Source: Tenacibaculum phage PTm5. Taken from it: a stretch of 24,000 nucleotides of DNA. The DNA lies in the sequence record AP019525.1; one strand, 5' to 3'. A program made the translations under genes and the position numbers. The notes below the pieces were generated by a model. The model made no database searches and had not been told where the DNA came from. It worked only from the letters and a program-made list of their open reading frames with translations. Positions 8,184 through 17,700 of this stretch are shown here, one piece after another. Numbering within the stretch: the stretch's first letter is position 1; every line of letters begins with the position of its first letter.

Positions 8184-9143
8184 ATGAAACAATTACAAGA
8201 GATATTAACACATAGTGATACTGAACGTTTAAAAATGGTGTTTGGTAAAAGAACCAAAGATGTTACTGATTGGTTATTTAAAAATGATGAGGTTGTAACA
8301 ATAGTACCTACAAATAAATCAGGTGTTATTGGATATGATTGCTTTATCAAAGAAATTAACCTAAGACCAAATTCAATAGAAATTAACTATGATATTTTAG
8401 ATTCAATATTATCAGGTGATGAATTAAAATTTGGATATAACACAACAAATCAATCAACACATAACCTATCAATTGGATATAATGCATGTACAATTATGTT
8501 ACCTGATAGTATTCCATTATATAAACCATATATTAATTTGGCTTGGTGTCCAATGAAAGATATAACCACATATGAACTAGCTAGATGTATGACATTCATA
8601 AACGTACCTGTTTTTAAAACTAGTTTGATGAACTATCTGAGGAATGTAAAAGGCACTTTAAAATTGTTGGTGATGGAAATTAAGAAATATACTATATTAG
8701 GTATGATGATTAAGTACCTAAACGAAAATGATTTTGTGATTAGACAGGAGTTAATTTATTACATCAAACACAATCACGATTGTAACATCACAGGAACAAT
8801 AGACAATTTCAGAAACTACTTCACACAAGCTGGATATTTGGAAAAGATTGGTAGAGGTAAATATAAAGTTATAAAGAAACCTAGTTATGACTTAACAACA
8901 ACACAACTTAGGAAAGAAGCATATCCTAACTATATTCCTTGGAAAGTGTTGAGTGAAATGGAAGATTTATTTACGGACTTTAGTATTGATTACACCCAAG
9001 ATGTTATATTATTAAATGATTCTCATCTTAGTGTTATAATGAATCCAAAAACAAAACACAAAAGATTTTTAGGTTATAGTATAAGAAGTGTTGCAGAATC
9101 TTATGCAAGGAATAAAAATAAGACAATAAAATTTGCACAGTAA
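8184..9143 (+). CDS. Hypothetical protein, about 319 aa
   Basis: Long ORF; ATG 8184 with TAATATG junction preferred over TTG 8175. Confidence 0.8.
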   Translation: MKQLQEILTHSDTERLKMVFGKRTKDVTDWLFKNDEVVTIVPTNKSGVIGYDCFIKEINLRPNSIEINYDILDSILSGDELKFGYNTTNQSTHNLSIGYNACTIMLPDSIPLYKPYINLAWCPMKDITTYELARCMTFINVPVFKTSLMNYLRNVKGTLKLLVMEIKKYTILGMMIKYLNENDFVIRQELIYYIKHNHDCNITGTIDNFRNYFTQAGYLEKIGRGKYKVIKKPSYDLTTTQLRKEAYPNYIPWKVLSEMEDLFTDFSIDYTQDVILLNDSHLSVIMNPKTKHKRFLGYSIRSVAESYARNKNKTIKFAQ

Positions 9144-9155
9144 TTTTAATGTTTA

Positions 9156-9163
9156 TATATTTG
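9156..9163 (+). promoter_or_regulatory. -7 box TATATTTG
   Basis: Followed by the leader TCAAACAAAAAAGAGA and ATG at 9187. Confidence 0.65.
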
Positions 9164-9186
9164 TCAAACAAAAAAGAGACAGAGAT

Positions 9187-9348
9187 ATGAGCAATGAAAT
9201 TTATGAATTAGCAAATCAACTAAGTGACAAAGAGGTTCAAGAAAAGTACAACAACCTACCAAACTATCAGAAACAACAAGTAGATACTTTATTTAGGTTG
9301 GGAGATAGTTTACAACTAGCATATGTTACTGTAATAGAAATGAGTTAA
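9187..9348 (+). CDS. Small hypothetical protein, 53 aa (MSNEIYELANQLSDKEVQ...)
   Basis: ATG 24 nt after the promoter-like box, ends at a terminator. Confidence 0.6.
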   Translation: MSNEIYELANQLSDKEVQEKYNNLPNYQKQQVDTLFRLGDSLQLAYVTVIEMS

Positions 9349-9371
9349 AGCACCGTAGGTGCTTTTTCTTT
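9348..9371 (+). terminator. Intrinsic terminator AGCACC-gta-GGTGCTTTTT
   Basis: 6-bp GC-containing stem followed by a T-tract. Confidence 0.75.
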
Positions 9372-9453
9372 TTTATAATACATAGATAAAGCACAAGTAA
9401 TGTGCATAGTCAAGTAAGTACTTAAATAAATTTATAAAAACAAACATTAACTC

Positions 9454-10644
9454 ATGGGATTATTAGACCACGTAAATGAAGCATTCGGAATTATATCTGA
9501 TGCTAAGAAGCCACAAGAGGGCGATAGTAAAGAATATAAAGCGTTCTTTGCAAAAAAATTAAAGAAATATGGTGTTAAGTCACCTGATGAATTACCAGCA
9601 GATAAGAAAGATGATTTCTTTGATGAGATTGATAGAGAATGGAAATCTGATGCTGAGGGTTCAAACGAAAATTTAAACGAGGGTATTAAAATGAATAATT
9701 TAGATTGGGGTAAAACCACTGCTGAGAGAAATGCGAACCAAGATAAATATAATTCATTAAAATCAGATGCAGAAAAAGAAGCATTTTTGAAAAAGTTAAA
9801 AGGTATGAATGAATCTTTAAACGAAGCTAAGTCACCAGTAAAGGTTGATATGAAAGCTGTTGAAAAGGAAGCTAAATTTTACTTCAATGCATTAGAGGGT
9901 GATTATAACATTGTTGTTAGTTACTTCCCTGATTTCAAAGGAAAGAATGGTGGTTATATGGCTGACTTCTTTGACCCAAAAGATAAAGACGATAATAAAT
10001 TAGGTTACCAAAAGAAAAACAATTACTGGAACGTTGCAATATTTTCTAAACAAGGTAAATTAATATCTAAATTAGATTCAGTAAACGAATCTAAACGTAA
10101 CCTATTATCATTTGTTAGTGAGTCATTAGATTATAATGCACGCTTAGAAGCAATGAAAAAACGTAAAAGTGATATTCAATTATCTGAGGCTAAAGATTGG
10201 GGAACATTAGAAATTTCTGATGAAAATGATTTAATCAAATTAATCAAGAAGATTGCTAAGAAGTCTAAGACATTCTTAAAGAAAATTACCAATGTTATAA
10301 AGGATTCTAAAGCTAATAAAGTTGTTGAAGAATTATCAAATGGTTATGTTATATTAAATAGATATGGTGAAGTTTATGAAGCTGTTTGGTATAATAATGC
10401 AGTTACAATATTAAAAGATTCTGTTGTTGTTGAATCATTATCAGAGGCTGTTTTTAAATCAAATTTAACAAATGAAAATTTTATTGTATCTGATTTGGTT
10501 AATGAAAATAAAAATAGTAAATTTGTAATAGGTCAGCCATTAAGATATGGAGGTATGGAAACTGTTGTTTGTGGAATATCAGAAAGTGGATTAACACTTG
10601 ATATTGATGGTGAGAAAGTAAATATTAACCAAAAAGAATTATAG
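9454..10644 (+). CDS. Hypothetical protein, 396 aa; possible phage structural/head-associated protein
   Basis: Long Lys/Glu-rich ORF; N-terminal EYKAFFAKKLKKYGVKSPDELPADKKDDFFDEID resembles short motifs I associate with myovirus structural proteins (weak inference). Confidence 0.6.
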   Translation: MGLLDHVNEAFGIISDAKKPQEGDSKEYKAFFAKKLKKYGVKSPDELPADKKDDFFDEIDREWKSDAEGSNENLNEGIKMNNLDWGKTTAERNANQDKYNSLKSDAEKEAFLKKLKGMNESLNEAKSPVKVDMKAVEKEAKFYFNALEGDYNIVVSYFPDFKGKNGGYMADFFDPKDKDDNKLGYQKKNNYWNVAIFSKQGKLISKLDSVNESKRNLLSFVSESLDYNARLEAMKKRKSDIQLSEAKDWGTLEISDENDLIKLIKKIAKKSKTFLKKITNVIKDSKANKVVEELSNGYVILNRYGEVYEAVWYNNAVTILKDSVVVESLSEAVFKSNLTNENFIVSDLVNENKNSKFVIGQPLRYGGMETVVCGISESGLTLDIDGEKVNINQKEL

Positions 10645-10648
10645 AGAT

Positions 10649-11757
10649 ATGTTTAAGCCAAGTAAAGAAGTTTTAGAATTAGCAAGTAAGACAAAAAAGT
10701 CTGTTGAAAATGCTAAGAATGCTGATAACATAAAAAAACAATTATTAAAAGAACGTGAAGACGTAATTGATATTTATGTTAATGATGTTGCACGACAAAT
10801 AAAATCACTAGGATTTAATACTAGTGTAGAATCAGATATACCACAAGAGTATAAAAGACTAGATATATCATTCCCAAAATCAGAATTTGGTGGTGTAGTT
10901 ACCTTTAAATACGAAGATGATGTAAATGCTGTGGTAAATATTGCGTTTAGTGCATATGCCAAACATAAAGTTGATTCAGAAATAGATTTTGATTTTTTTA
11001 CACAACAATCAAAATCAAATAAGATATGGCAAAGATTGTTGAAAATTTTGCTGATGTTGTACTTAATGTATCAAAAATTTATGGCATTGTTGACACAACA
11101 TTCAATGATAAATCTTCTGTAATTTCAAAAAAACTTAAAGAAATTGACTCAGAAATTGACACACTACGTGGTGGACTTATGGATGATGGTATTTATATTA
11201 TGCAACGTGAATTGATGGAACGTGTTGCATTAGAAGTTTATAGTCATATAAAGAAAACTAAAACATTTATATTCAATCCGAAAAAAGGTACTGAATTGAT
11301 GGGTGATGTTAATTCAAATAAAGGTTTTTATTTTTCAATGGATGGTCAAGCAGATACATTCGGTGAAAGATTTAGATTTGTTCAATATGGTGCAACTGAT
11401 AGAGCATATTTAAGTGTTGTTGAAGATTTTGCAAATATTGATGGTATTCATCGTGCAGGAACGGATAAAAAATATCAACCATTATTTATTGAACGTGGTG
11501 GGTATAGTGCATCACCAATGGAAAAATTTACTGTACAGAAATTGGGTAAAAATTTCAAGGGTGTTGCTGTTGGTTCTAGTTCTGATGATGTCGTTTCTAG
11601 TGAAATTAGTATGATTACACCAAAAAAGACAGTATCAATGAATATAACAGATGAACCAATTGATAATGTATTTATAGCTAAAGGTGGTTTACTAGGTATT
11701 CTAGCACTTTGGACTAATGAATTAGATTCATATAAAAAGTTATTTGTTAATAATTAA
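10649..11757 (+). CDS. Hypothetical protein of about 369 aa, split by an apparent 1-nt deletion at about 11017-11025
   Basis: Track ORFs 10649-11122 and 11026-11757 overlap in different frames; adding one A to AATAAG gives ...FFTQQSKSNKDMAKIVENFADVVLNVSKIYG... 1109 + 1 = 370 codons. Confidence 0.7.
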
Positions 11758-11760
11758 ACA

Positions 11761-11790
11761 AAAAATCCGAGGAAATTCCTCGGATTTTTT
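11761..11790 (+). terminator. Intrinsic terminator AAAAATCCGAGG-aaatt-CCTCGGATTTTTT
   Basis: Perfect long stem with A/T flanks. Confidence 0.9.
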
Positions 11791-11810
11791 GTTGTTTTAA
11801 AATAAAGTTG

Positions 11811-11818
11811 TATATTTG
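11811..11818 (+). promoter_or_regulatory. -7 box TATATTTG
   Basis: Between the terminator and the ATG at 11840. Confidence 0.65.
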
Positions 11819-11839
11819 AACTATTAAATAGAAACAGTT

Positions 11840-12055
11840 ATGGCAAGTATTATTAAAATAAACGGCAGAAAGATAGTTGATAATCCTGATTACATTGAAG
11901 TAGATGGTGTAAGGTATGATAAGCCATGTAATGGTAGTGTTAGTATCAATAATGATAGTATATCAGTTGGTAAATTTGATTTAATAAATGGTGAATGGGT
12001 TAATCAATCGTTATTCACTAAAGCTAAGAAATATTTAAAAATAATAAAATGGTAA
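11840..12055 (+). CDS. Hypothetical protein, 71 aa
   Basis: ORF with promoter-like box. Confidence 0.65.
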   Translation: MASIIKINGRKIVDNPDYIEVDGVRYDKPCNGSVSINNDSISVGKFDLINGEWVNQSLFTKAKKYLKIIKW

Positions 12056-12255
12056 ACGAGGCGTTAAAACAATCATTATATAATCAAGTTGTACAGATTA
12101 TGAACAAAGAATGGTCTATAACAAACAACGGTGTACAAAAACAATTCGAGAAGTTTGTGGTACATTTAGAAAAAATAATGACACATCCTAGAATTATTAA
12201 TCAATTTACGCTATCTTTACAGAAGTTTAAAAAAAGATACTGGTACAGAAACTGA
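12049..12255 (+). CDS. Hypothetical protein, 68 aa; C-terminus uncertain
   Basis: ORF overlapping the previous stop; an A7 run near the 3' end could hide a frameshift. Confidence 0.5.
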   Translation: MVNEALKQSLYNQVVQIMNKEWSITNNGVQKQFEKFVVHLEKIMTHPRIINQFTLSLQKFKKRYWYRN

Positions 12256-12311
12256 GCATCACTTAACGAGAATTGATGAGTGATTGAAAAACAACCTAAA
12301 AACTATTAAGA

Positions 12312-12713
12312 ATGAATAAGCTAATTGCTGTATTAGAAACAACATCACCATCATATTTACATAAAATTATTGGTACTAATGGTGATAGTGATTTATTAAG
12401 ATGTTCTACAGAACCTGAACGTTTGTTTGGTGTGGCAACATCAATACCTATTCAATCATATCATGTTTATATTGTTTCTGATTGTGAAATAAAGGTTGGT
12501 GATTTATATATTAATTTTGAAGATTATTATACAGAATCAACACGAATTAAAACAGCCACACAAAAACCATCAGGACAGTATTGTTATAAACTGTATGCAA
12601 CATCAGACATTTCTGTAAAGGGTGTTAAGCAATTAGACCATTCATTCTTTGAAAAGAAGATAAACATGGATGAAGTTCGACAATGTATGACTTCACATAA
12701 CCAATTAAAATAA
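12312..12713 (+). CDS. Hypothetical protein, 133 aa
   Basis: ORF. Confidence 0.7.
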   Translation: MNKLIAVLETTSPSYLHKIIGTNGDSDLLRCSTEPERLFGVATSIPIQSYHVYIVSDCEIKVGDLYINFEDYYTESTRIKTATQKPSGQYCYKLYATSDISVKGVKQLDHSFFEKKINMDEVRQCMTSHNQLK

Positions 12714-12718
12714 TAAAA

Positions 12719-13078
12719 ATGACAAGAGATTTAGAAAAACCGTACACAGAGGAAATTAATTACGAAAAAGTAAAAGGTTTTGAAAAGTGGTTAAAGGATT
12801 CATATGGAATGTCCATTAGTGGTGTTTTTAAGTTTAGTATTCAACGATTATGTAGACAAACCATACTACAGAGATTCTTTAGAGAAGTTCATAAAATACA
12901 TGTTGATGTTTATAGAAGTGCTATGGGTTGGCAATGTAATTTAGAAAAGGCTGAGTGTGGTACACACATGCATATAGTATCTGATTCAAATGATGATTTG
13001 GATGGTATTGAGTACGAAGATGCACAACAACAAGGATTATTAAATATAATTGGATTAAAATGCTTGTATATTAAATAA
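12719..13078 (+). CDS. Hypothetical protein, 119 aa
   Basis: ORF. Confidence 0.7.
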   Translation: MTRDLEKPYTEEINYEKVKGFEKWLKDSYGMSISGVFKFSIQRLCRQTILQRFFREVHKIHVDVYRSAMGWQCNLEKAECGTHMHIVSDSNDDLDGIEYEDAQQQGLLNIIGLKCLYIK

Positions 13079-13084
13079 GTTTTG

Positions 13085-13092
13085 TATATTTG
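13085..13092 (+). promoter_or_regulatory. -7 box TATATTTG
   Basis: Matches TAnnTTTG after the previous stop. Confidence 0.65.
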
Positions 13093-13115
13093 TTGTATAA
13101 ATGAGAATCATTAAC

Positions 13116-13130
13116 GATGGCGAAGCCATC
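13116..13130 (+). promoter_or_regulatory. 5'-UTR hairpin GATGGC-GAA-GCCATC
   Basis: Perfect 6-bp stem with 3-nt loop, 18 nt before the ATG at 13149; covaries with 20162-20176. Confidence 0.6.
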
Positions 13131-13148
13131 TAGTTAAAAACATTAGAC

Positions 13149-13391
13149 ATGAGTAAGACAAAAATAGTAGTAGCAAACGAGAACACATTATGTTATATAA
13201 TTCCTCAATTACCTAATAGTTTACAGGTTTTATCACCAAGCATTATAAGGGGTTCAACAATGCAAGATTTTGGGTCATATCCAATCGAAAATTACGAAGT
13301 TCGCTTGGCTACCAGCAAAGATTTTGAAACTTACAGAGTATGTGAAAATGGTTATAGAGAAGATGTTGAAAATTACGAATATAACAGATAA
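13149..13391 (+). CDS. Hypothetical protein, 80 aa, paralogue of 14157-14414
   Basis: ENTLCYIIPQLPNSLQVLS aligns with DEHTLGYIFPEYPDEFHILS; EVRLATSKDFETYRVCENGY aligns with NIRLACEQDFENFYTVFDGY. Confidence 0.75.
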   Translation: MSKTKIVVANENTLCYIIPQLPNSLQVLSPSIIRGSTMQDFGSYPIENYEVRLATSKDFETYRVCENGYREDVENYEYNR

Positions 13392-13596
13392 TGTACATAC
13401 TTATATCAATTAGTGGTAATGACTATAGAAGAGAAGTCCTAGTAAGGTATCTAAAAGAAAATCTAAACTGGTAGACCATATTAAAGAGAATGGTTATTAT
13501 TTCAGTAAGAAACTTAACCGATACATAGATGATAAAAACACTAAAGATGGTGGTAGTGGTGTTGACTATGTAATAGAACAAATAGAAGAAATTTAA
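13391..13596 (+). CDS. Hypothetical protein of about 68 aa with an apparent 1-nt deletion at the A-run 13458-13461
   Basis: Adding one A gives MYILISISGNDYRREVLVRYLKEKSKLVDHIKENGYYFSKKLNRYIDDKNTKDGGSGVDYVIEQIEEI*. 206 + 1 = 69 codons; the start overlaps the previous stop. Confidence 0.6.
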
Positions 13597-13623
13597 ACAA
13601 TTATTAATTATAAATACATACAA

Positions 13624-13890
13624 ATGAAAAAACGTTTATTAGTTATTTTTGCAATTATTGCAATGTCATTAACATCATGTACCGATGCTACTCGTGCTAA
13701 ATGGGGTGGTTATGGTTCTGAGTTCAAAGTTGAGTTAGTTAACTGTGATGGTACAATTACACACTCATGGATTAGTAGTGGTAAAGTATTAAGTGAGCAA
13801 TCAAGTGATGGTTATTACTTCAATGATAAAGAAACTGGTAGGATTATTGAAGTTACTGGAACATTAATCATATCAAAATATAAAGACTAA
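13624..13890 (+). CDS. Small putative lipoprotein, 88 aa
   Basis: MKKRLLVIFAIIAMSLTSC: basic N-terminus, hydrophobic core, lipobox LTSC. Confidence 0.8.
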   Translation: MKKRLLVIFAIIAMSLTSCTDATRAKWGGYGSEFKVELVNCDGTITHSWISSGKVLSEQSSDGYYFNDKETGRIIEVTGTLIISKYKD

Positions 13891-14070
13891 ATAAATATTC
13901 CCGAAATGTCCGTGAGCAATCGAAGTACAAGATTGTGAATTAACCGACAGTAGCCTAGTGCGCAATAGGTGTGTAGTAAATGTAAGGAATATATAATAAC
14001 ACATGCTAGTGTAGTACTTAATTATCCAAGTACTTTCGAATGCACTATTGGAATAGAATAGGTGTTATTT
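13891..14070 (+). ncRNA. Candidate structured non-coding RNA
   Basis: About 180 nt with no convincing ORF, several complementary segments, and a terminator at its 3' end. Confidence 0.3.
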
Positions 14071-14071
14071 T

Positions 14072-14106
14072 AAAAAATCCTGAACATTTTTTGTTCAGGA
14101 TTTTTC
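14072..14106 (+). terminator. Intrinsic terminator AAAAAATCCTGAAC-attttttg-TTCAGGATTTTT
   Basis: Long stem with A/T flanks. Confidence 0.88.
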
Positions 14107-14124
14107 TATTTAAAATATAAGTGT

Positions 14125-14132
14125 TATATTTG
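14125..14132 (+). promoter_or_regulatory. -7 box TATATTTG with conserved leader
   Basis: AGTGTTATATTTGAATAGTCAAACAAAAAGAGATAA, shared with 14444. Confidence 0.7.
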
Positions 14133-14156
14133 AATAGTCAAACAAAAAGAGATAAC

Positions 14157-14414
14157 ATGAACAACAATAAAGATTTCGATTTCCGTATTAAATTAGTAGT
14201 AATAGATGAACATACTTTAGGTTATATCTTCCCTGAATATCCTGATGAATTTCATATACTAAGTAAGAATTGTGAATCACCATATAGAAGTGGTGATAAG
14301 TATGTTATAACTCACGAAAATATTAGATTGGCATGTGAACAAGATTTCGAAAATTTCTATACAGTTTTCGATGGTTACAATAATCCTGCTAGATATATTT
14401 ACGATAACAAGTAA
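14157..14414 (+). CDS. Hypothetical protein, 85 aa, paralogue of 13149-13391
   Basis: ATG at 14157 follows the leader; residue alignment as described for 13149. Confidence 0.75.
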   Translation: MNNNKDFDFRIKLVVIDEHTLGYIFPEYPDEFHILSKNCESPYRSGDKYVITHENIRLACEQDFENFYTVFDGYNNPARYIYDNK

Positions 14415-14443
14415 ATAAATTTGCGTGGGAACTTTAAAAGTGT

Positions 14444-14451
14444 TATATTTG
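14444..14451 (+). promoter_or_regulatory. -7 box TATATTTG with conserved leader
   Basis: Near-identical copy of the 14125 cassette. Confidence 0.7.
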
Positions 14452-14477
14452 AATAGTCAAACAAAAAGAGATAAATT

Positions 14478-14705
14478 ATGTTAACAGTTGAATTAGGTAA
14501 TATAGGTTGCGAAAAACAAGCAAAGAAAATCAAAGAAAAATTACAAGGTAAAACTTACTTCAATTTTGAGGTTGATTATTGTGCATACATGGGTAATTAT
14601 CCTGTATCAGTTTCTAGTGACATTAACAATAATAATAGTGGTAACGAATACACTTTAGAAGAATTTAAATATATGTTAATGTTCGTTATGGCATGTGAAA
14701 TGTAA
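14478..14705 (+). CDS. Hypothetical protein, 75 aa
   Basis: ORF downstream of a promoter-like cassette. Confidence 0.75.
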   Translation: MLTVELGNIGCEKQAKKIKEKLQGKTYFNFEVDYCAYMGNYPVSVSSDINNNNSGNEYTLEEFKYMLMFVMACEM

Positions 14706-14724
14706 GAATAAATAAAAAATAATT

Positions 14725-14758
14725 AAAAAATCCCATTGTTATGTCAATGGGATTTTTT
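14725..14758 (+). terminator. Intrinsic terminator AAAAAATCCCATTG-ttatgt-CAATGGGATTTTTT
   Basis: Perfect long stem; its final T overlaps the next promoter box. Confidence 0.88.
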
Positions 14759-14765
14759 ATATTTG
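14758..14765 (+). promoter_or_regulatory. -7 box TATATTTG
   Basis: 24 nt before the ATG at 14789. Confidence 0.65.
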
Positions 14766-14788
14766 TAGAGTCAAAAGATAAGAACATT

Positions 14789-17700
14789 ATGTTATATAAA
14801 AACAGTAATCAAGTAATACCACAAGAGGCAAGAAAAGATATCAATAATAAAATTCTTCACTTAATTGAGACAGGTGATTTGCAAGGGTTGAGTCGAGAAG
14901 ATATTTATAATGCATATACAGGTGATGGTGGTTTACATGGGTTAGAGTTCAAAAATTACAATTCATTCTACGATTATACAGAGGCTAAGAAACAGGTTGA
15001 GAATGGTCAATTTTTTACGCCAGCAACTACTGCACAAGATGTAGTTGATACTTTAATGGTTCAACCAAGTGATTTAGTTGCAGACCTTACGTGTGGTCAT
15101 GGTTCATTCTTCAATTACCTACCAACTCAATCAAATATTTACGGTAGTGATTTAGATAATAAAGCTGTAAGAGTTGCTAGATTTCTTTACCCAAAAGCAA
15201 ATATAAAGAACCAAGACATTAGAGAATATGAACCAAATGTAAAGTTTGATTCAATCATAATCAACCCACCATTAATTTAAAGTTTGGTGATATGAGTTCT
15301 CAAATGTATGTTTGTCAAAAGTCTGCTGAGTTAATGAAACCACTTTCTTTGATGGCTTTAATTGTTCCTAAATCATTTTTGAATGATGAAATGATTAATA
15401 AAAAGACATTGAGCGAATGAATGAGTATTTCAATTTCGTTGGTCAGTATGCGTTAAATCCGAAAGAATTTAAACAAATGGGTGTTGATTATTTCGAGACA
15501 AAAGTAATGTTCTTCCAAAGAAAATCAGAATTTGTTGATGATGTTCCTTTTATTAATATCTACAATGAACGTGATTATATTAAGGCTAGTATAGGCGATT
15601 TAAGAGCAGTTAAATCAACTTTAAAGGCTAAGACCCTTTCAGAGATTAAAAGCGATGATTCTGACTTCTCATATAGAGTTAAGAAGTATTTATATGAGTT
15701 TAAAACACACAAAAACTTACAATACTATTCTTCAAAGGCTGAGGCGTTAATTGAAAAATTCAATACTCAAAATAAACCTGAGGGGATGGAGTATAAAGAA
15801 TGGGATAATATTAAATTAACCGAGGCTAAAGTATTAGCAACATTTAAGCGAGTTATGAAAAACGCTTATATAGTTGACCGTGATGTTATCCGAGTTGTTA
15901 AGCAGAACCATACGTTCAAAATCAAGCCATATAGCGGTAAAATGAAGCACGTAATTTCAAAAAAGGTATCAAACCCTCATATGAATATTTCACAGCTTGT
16001 AGCGTATCGTGGTGAGTTTGAAAAGTTCCTAACCGCATGTAAAGTTTTAAACTTAGATACTACAGAATTAACAAAGGTTGTTAACCGAAAGTATAAAGAT
16101 TATTTACTACACAACGCAAGCATTAAGGATATACAACCTAGTAAAGAAATTAAACGTTTTGTAAATAGCTTTAAGTTTATTTCCAAAGGTAAAGTTTGTA
16201 AACTAACCAAAATTCAAAAAGAAGATATCGGTAAAGTTTTAACTAGAAAACACACACTACTTGGTTGGAGTATGGGTGGTGGTAAAAGCGTTGCTTTGTT
16301 GTGTATGATTAAATATATAAATAAACACAAATTATCTAAAAATGTTTTTGTGACTGCACCAGCAATTGCATTGGATTTAACATTAAAGAATTTTTTATCT
16401 CATAATGGTGTTGATTTTATAGAAATAAAAAACGCTAACCAACTTAAAAATATTAAAGATGGTAAAGTAGTTTTAATGACTTTGGGAAGACTTAGTATGT
16501 CTAAGGATTCTGTTAAAGAGTTTGTTAAATCAAAGAGTAACAAAGTTAGTATTTTGTTTGATGAGGTGGATGAAATAAAAAACAGATTATCTAAACGTTC
16601 ACGAGCAGTTATTAATGCTTTTCGTAGATGTCACCGAACATTTTGTTTTACTGGAACACCAACAAGAAACAACATAAATGAGATATATGCTATTTTAGAA
16701 TTAATGTATAATAATTCACATAATATGATGTGTGAAGTGTCTTCTATTTATACACAAGACAAGAAGAGTAAAGAAATAAAAAACAAACCAAATAATAAAA
16801 AACAATTACCGTTTGATGCATACTATGGGTTTGGTTTATTCAAGTCTTGTTTTTCACCATCAAAAACAACAGTATTTGGTATAAAGAAAGACACCCAAAA
16901 TATATTTAATACTGATGAGTTAAAACGAATTGTAGAACGCACAGTTATTATTAGAAGTTCTGAGGAACTAATGGGTGATAAGAAAATTATTAAATCACAC
17001 TTTGTTCAACCAAATTTAGCGGAACGTGAATTACAGGAGACTATAATGAAAGAATTTCATCAAATATGTTATACATACTTTAGGTCAACTGGAAATAGTA
17101 GAAAGGAATCATATCTAAGAATCATCAGAATGATTAATTTATTGATTAAGAGTTGTACAGCACCACATTTAATGAATGATTGGAACGGTCAAGGATTACC
17201 AACTAAATATTCAAAGGTTCTTAAAATGATTGGCGAAAGACCAAATGAACCAATTATGATTGGGTGTGTAGGTATACCAAGTACACAAAGTTATTATGAT
17301 GAAATAAAAAATAAGTATCCAAACAGACGTGTGTATTATGTTGATGGTACAATACCTTTTAAAAAAAGAAAACAAATAGTAGATGAATTTAACAACTCAG
17401 ATAATGCAATATTAGTAAGCAACCAAGCATCATTAAAATCAAGTGTTTCTATAGAGAAATGTAATACTGTTATAATACCATCTTTGCCATGGAATTATGC
17501 TTCGCTTTCACAATACTTCTATCGTGCAATTAGATTTGATTCTGAACATAAAACAGAGGTTCATTTAATTACATATACTGATAGTATTGACTTAAATGTA
17601 TTACAACTATTATTAAATAAAGAGAAGATTAATAATTTCATTAAAACTGGTGATGAATCAACAGATGAAGAAGTAAATGAAGAGTTTGGTGTTGATGGTG

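Noticed and set aside
9372-9453. Late promoter upstream of the possible structural gene at 9454
   Set aside because: AT-rich stretch with no TAnnTTTG box and no second example to support a distinct late motif within this window.
11414-11614. Plus-strand 66-aa ORF
   Set aside because: Out-of-frame ORF nested in the restored 10649-11757 gene.
12225-12300. Frameshift near the end of the 12049-12255 ORF (A7 run)
   Set aside because: Either adding or removing one A extends the ORF with a plausible short tail, so the sequence alone cannot decide; not counted among the confident frameshifts.
13891-14070. tRNA gene in the non-coding gap
   Set aside because: I could not form a cloverleaf with an acceptor stem, T-arm and anticodon arm; kept only as a generic structured RNA candidate. 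tRNAscan-SE would be decisive.
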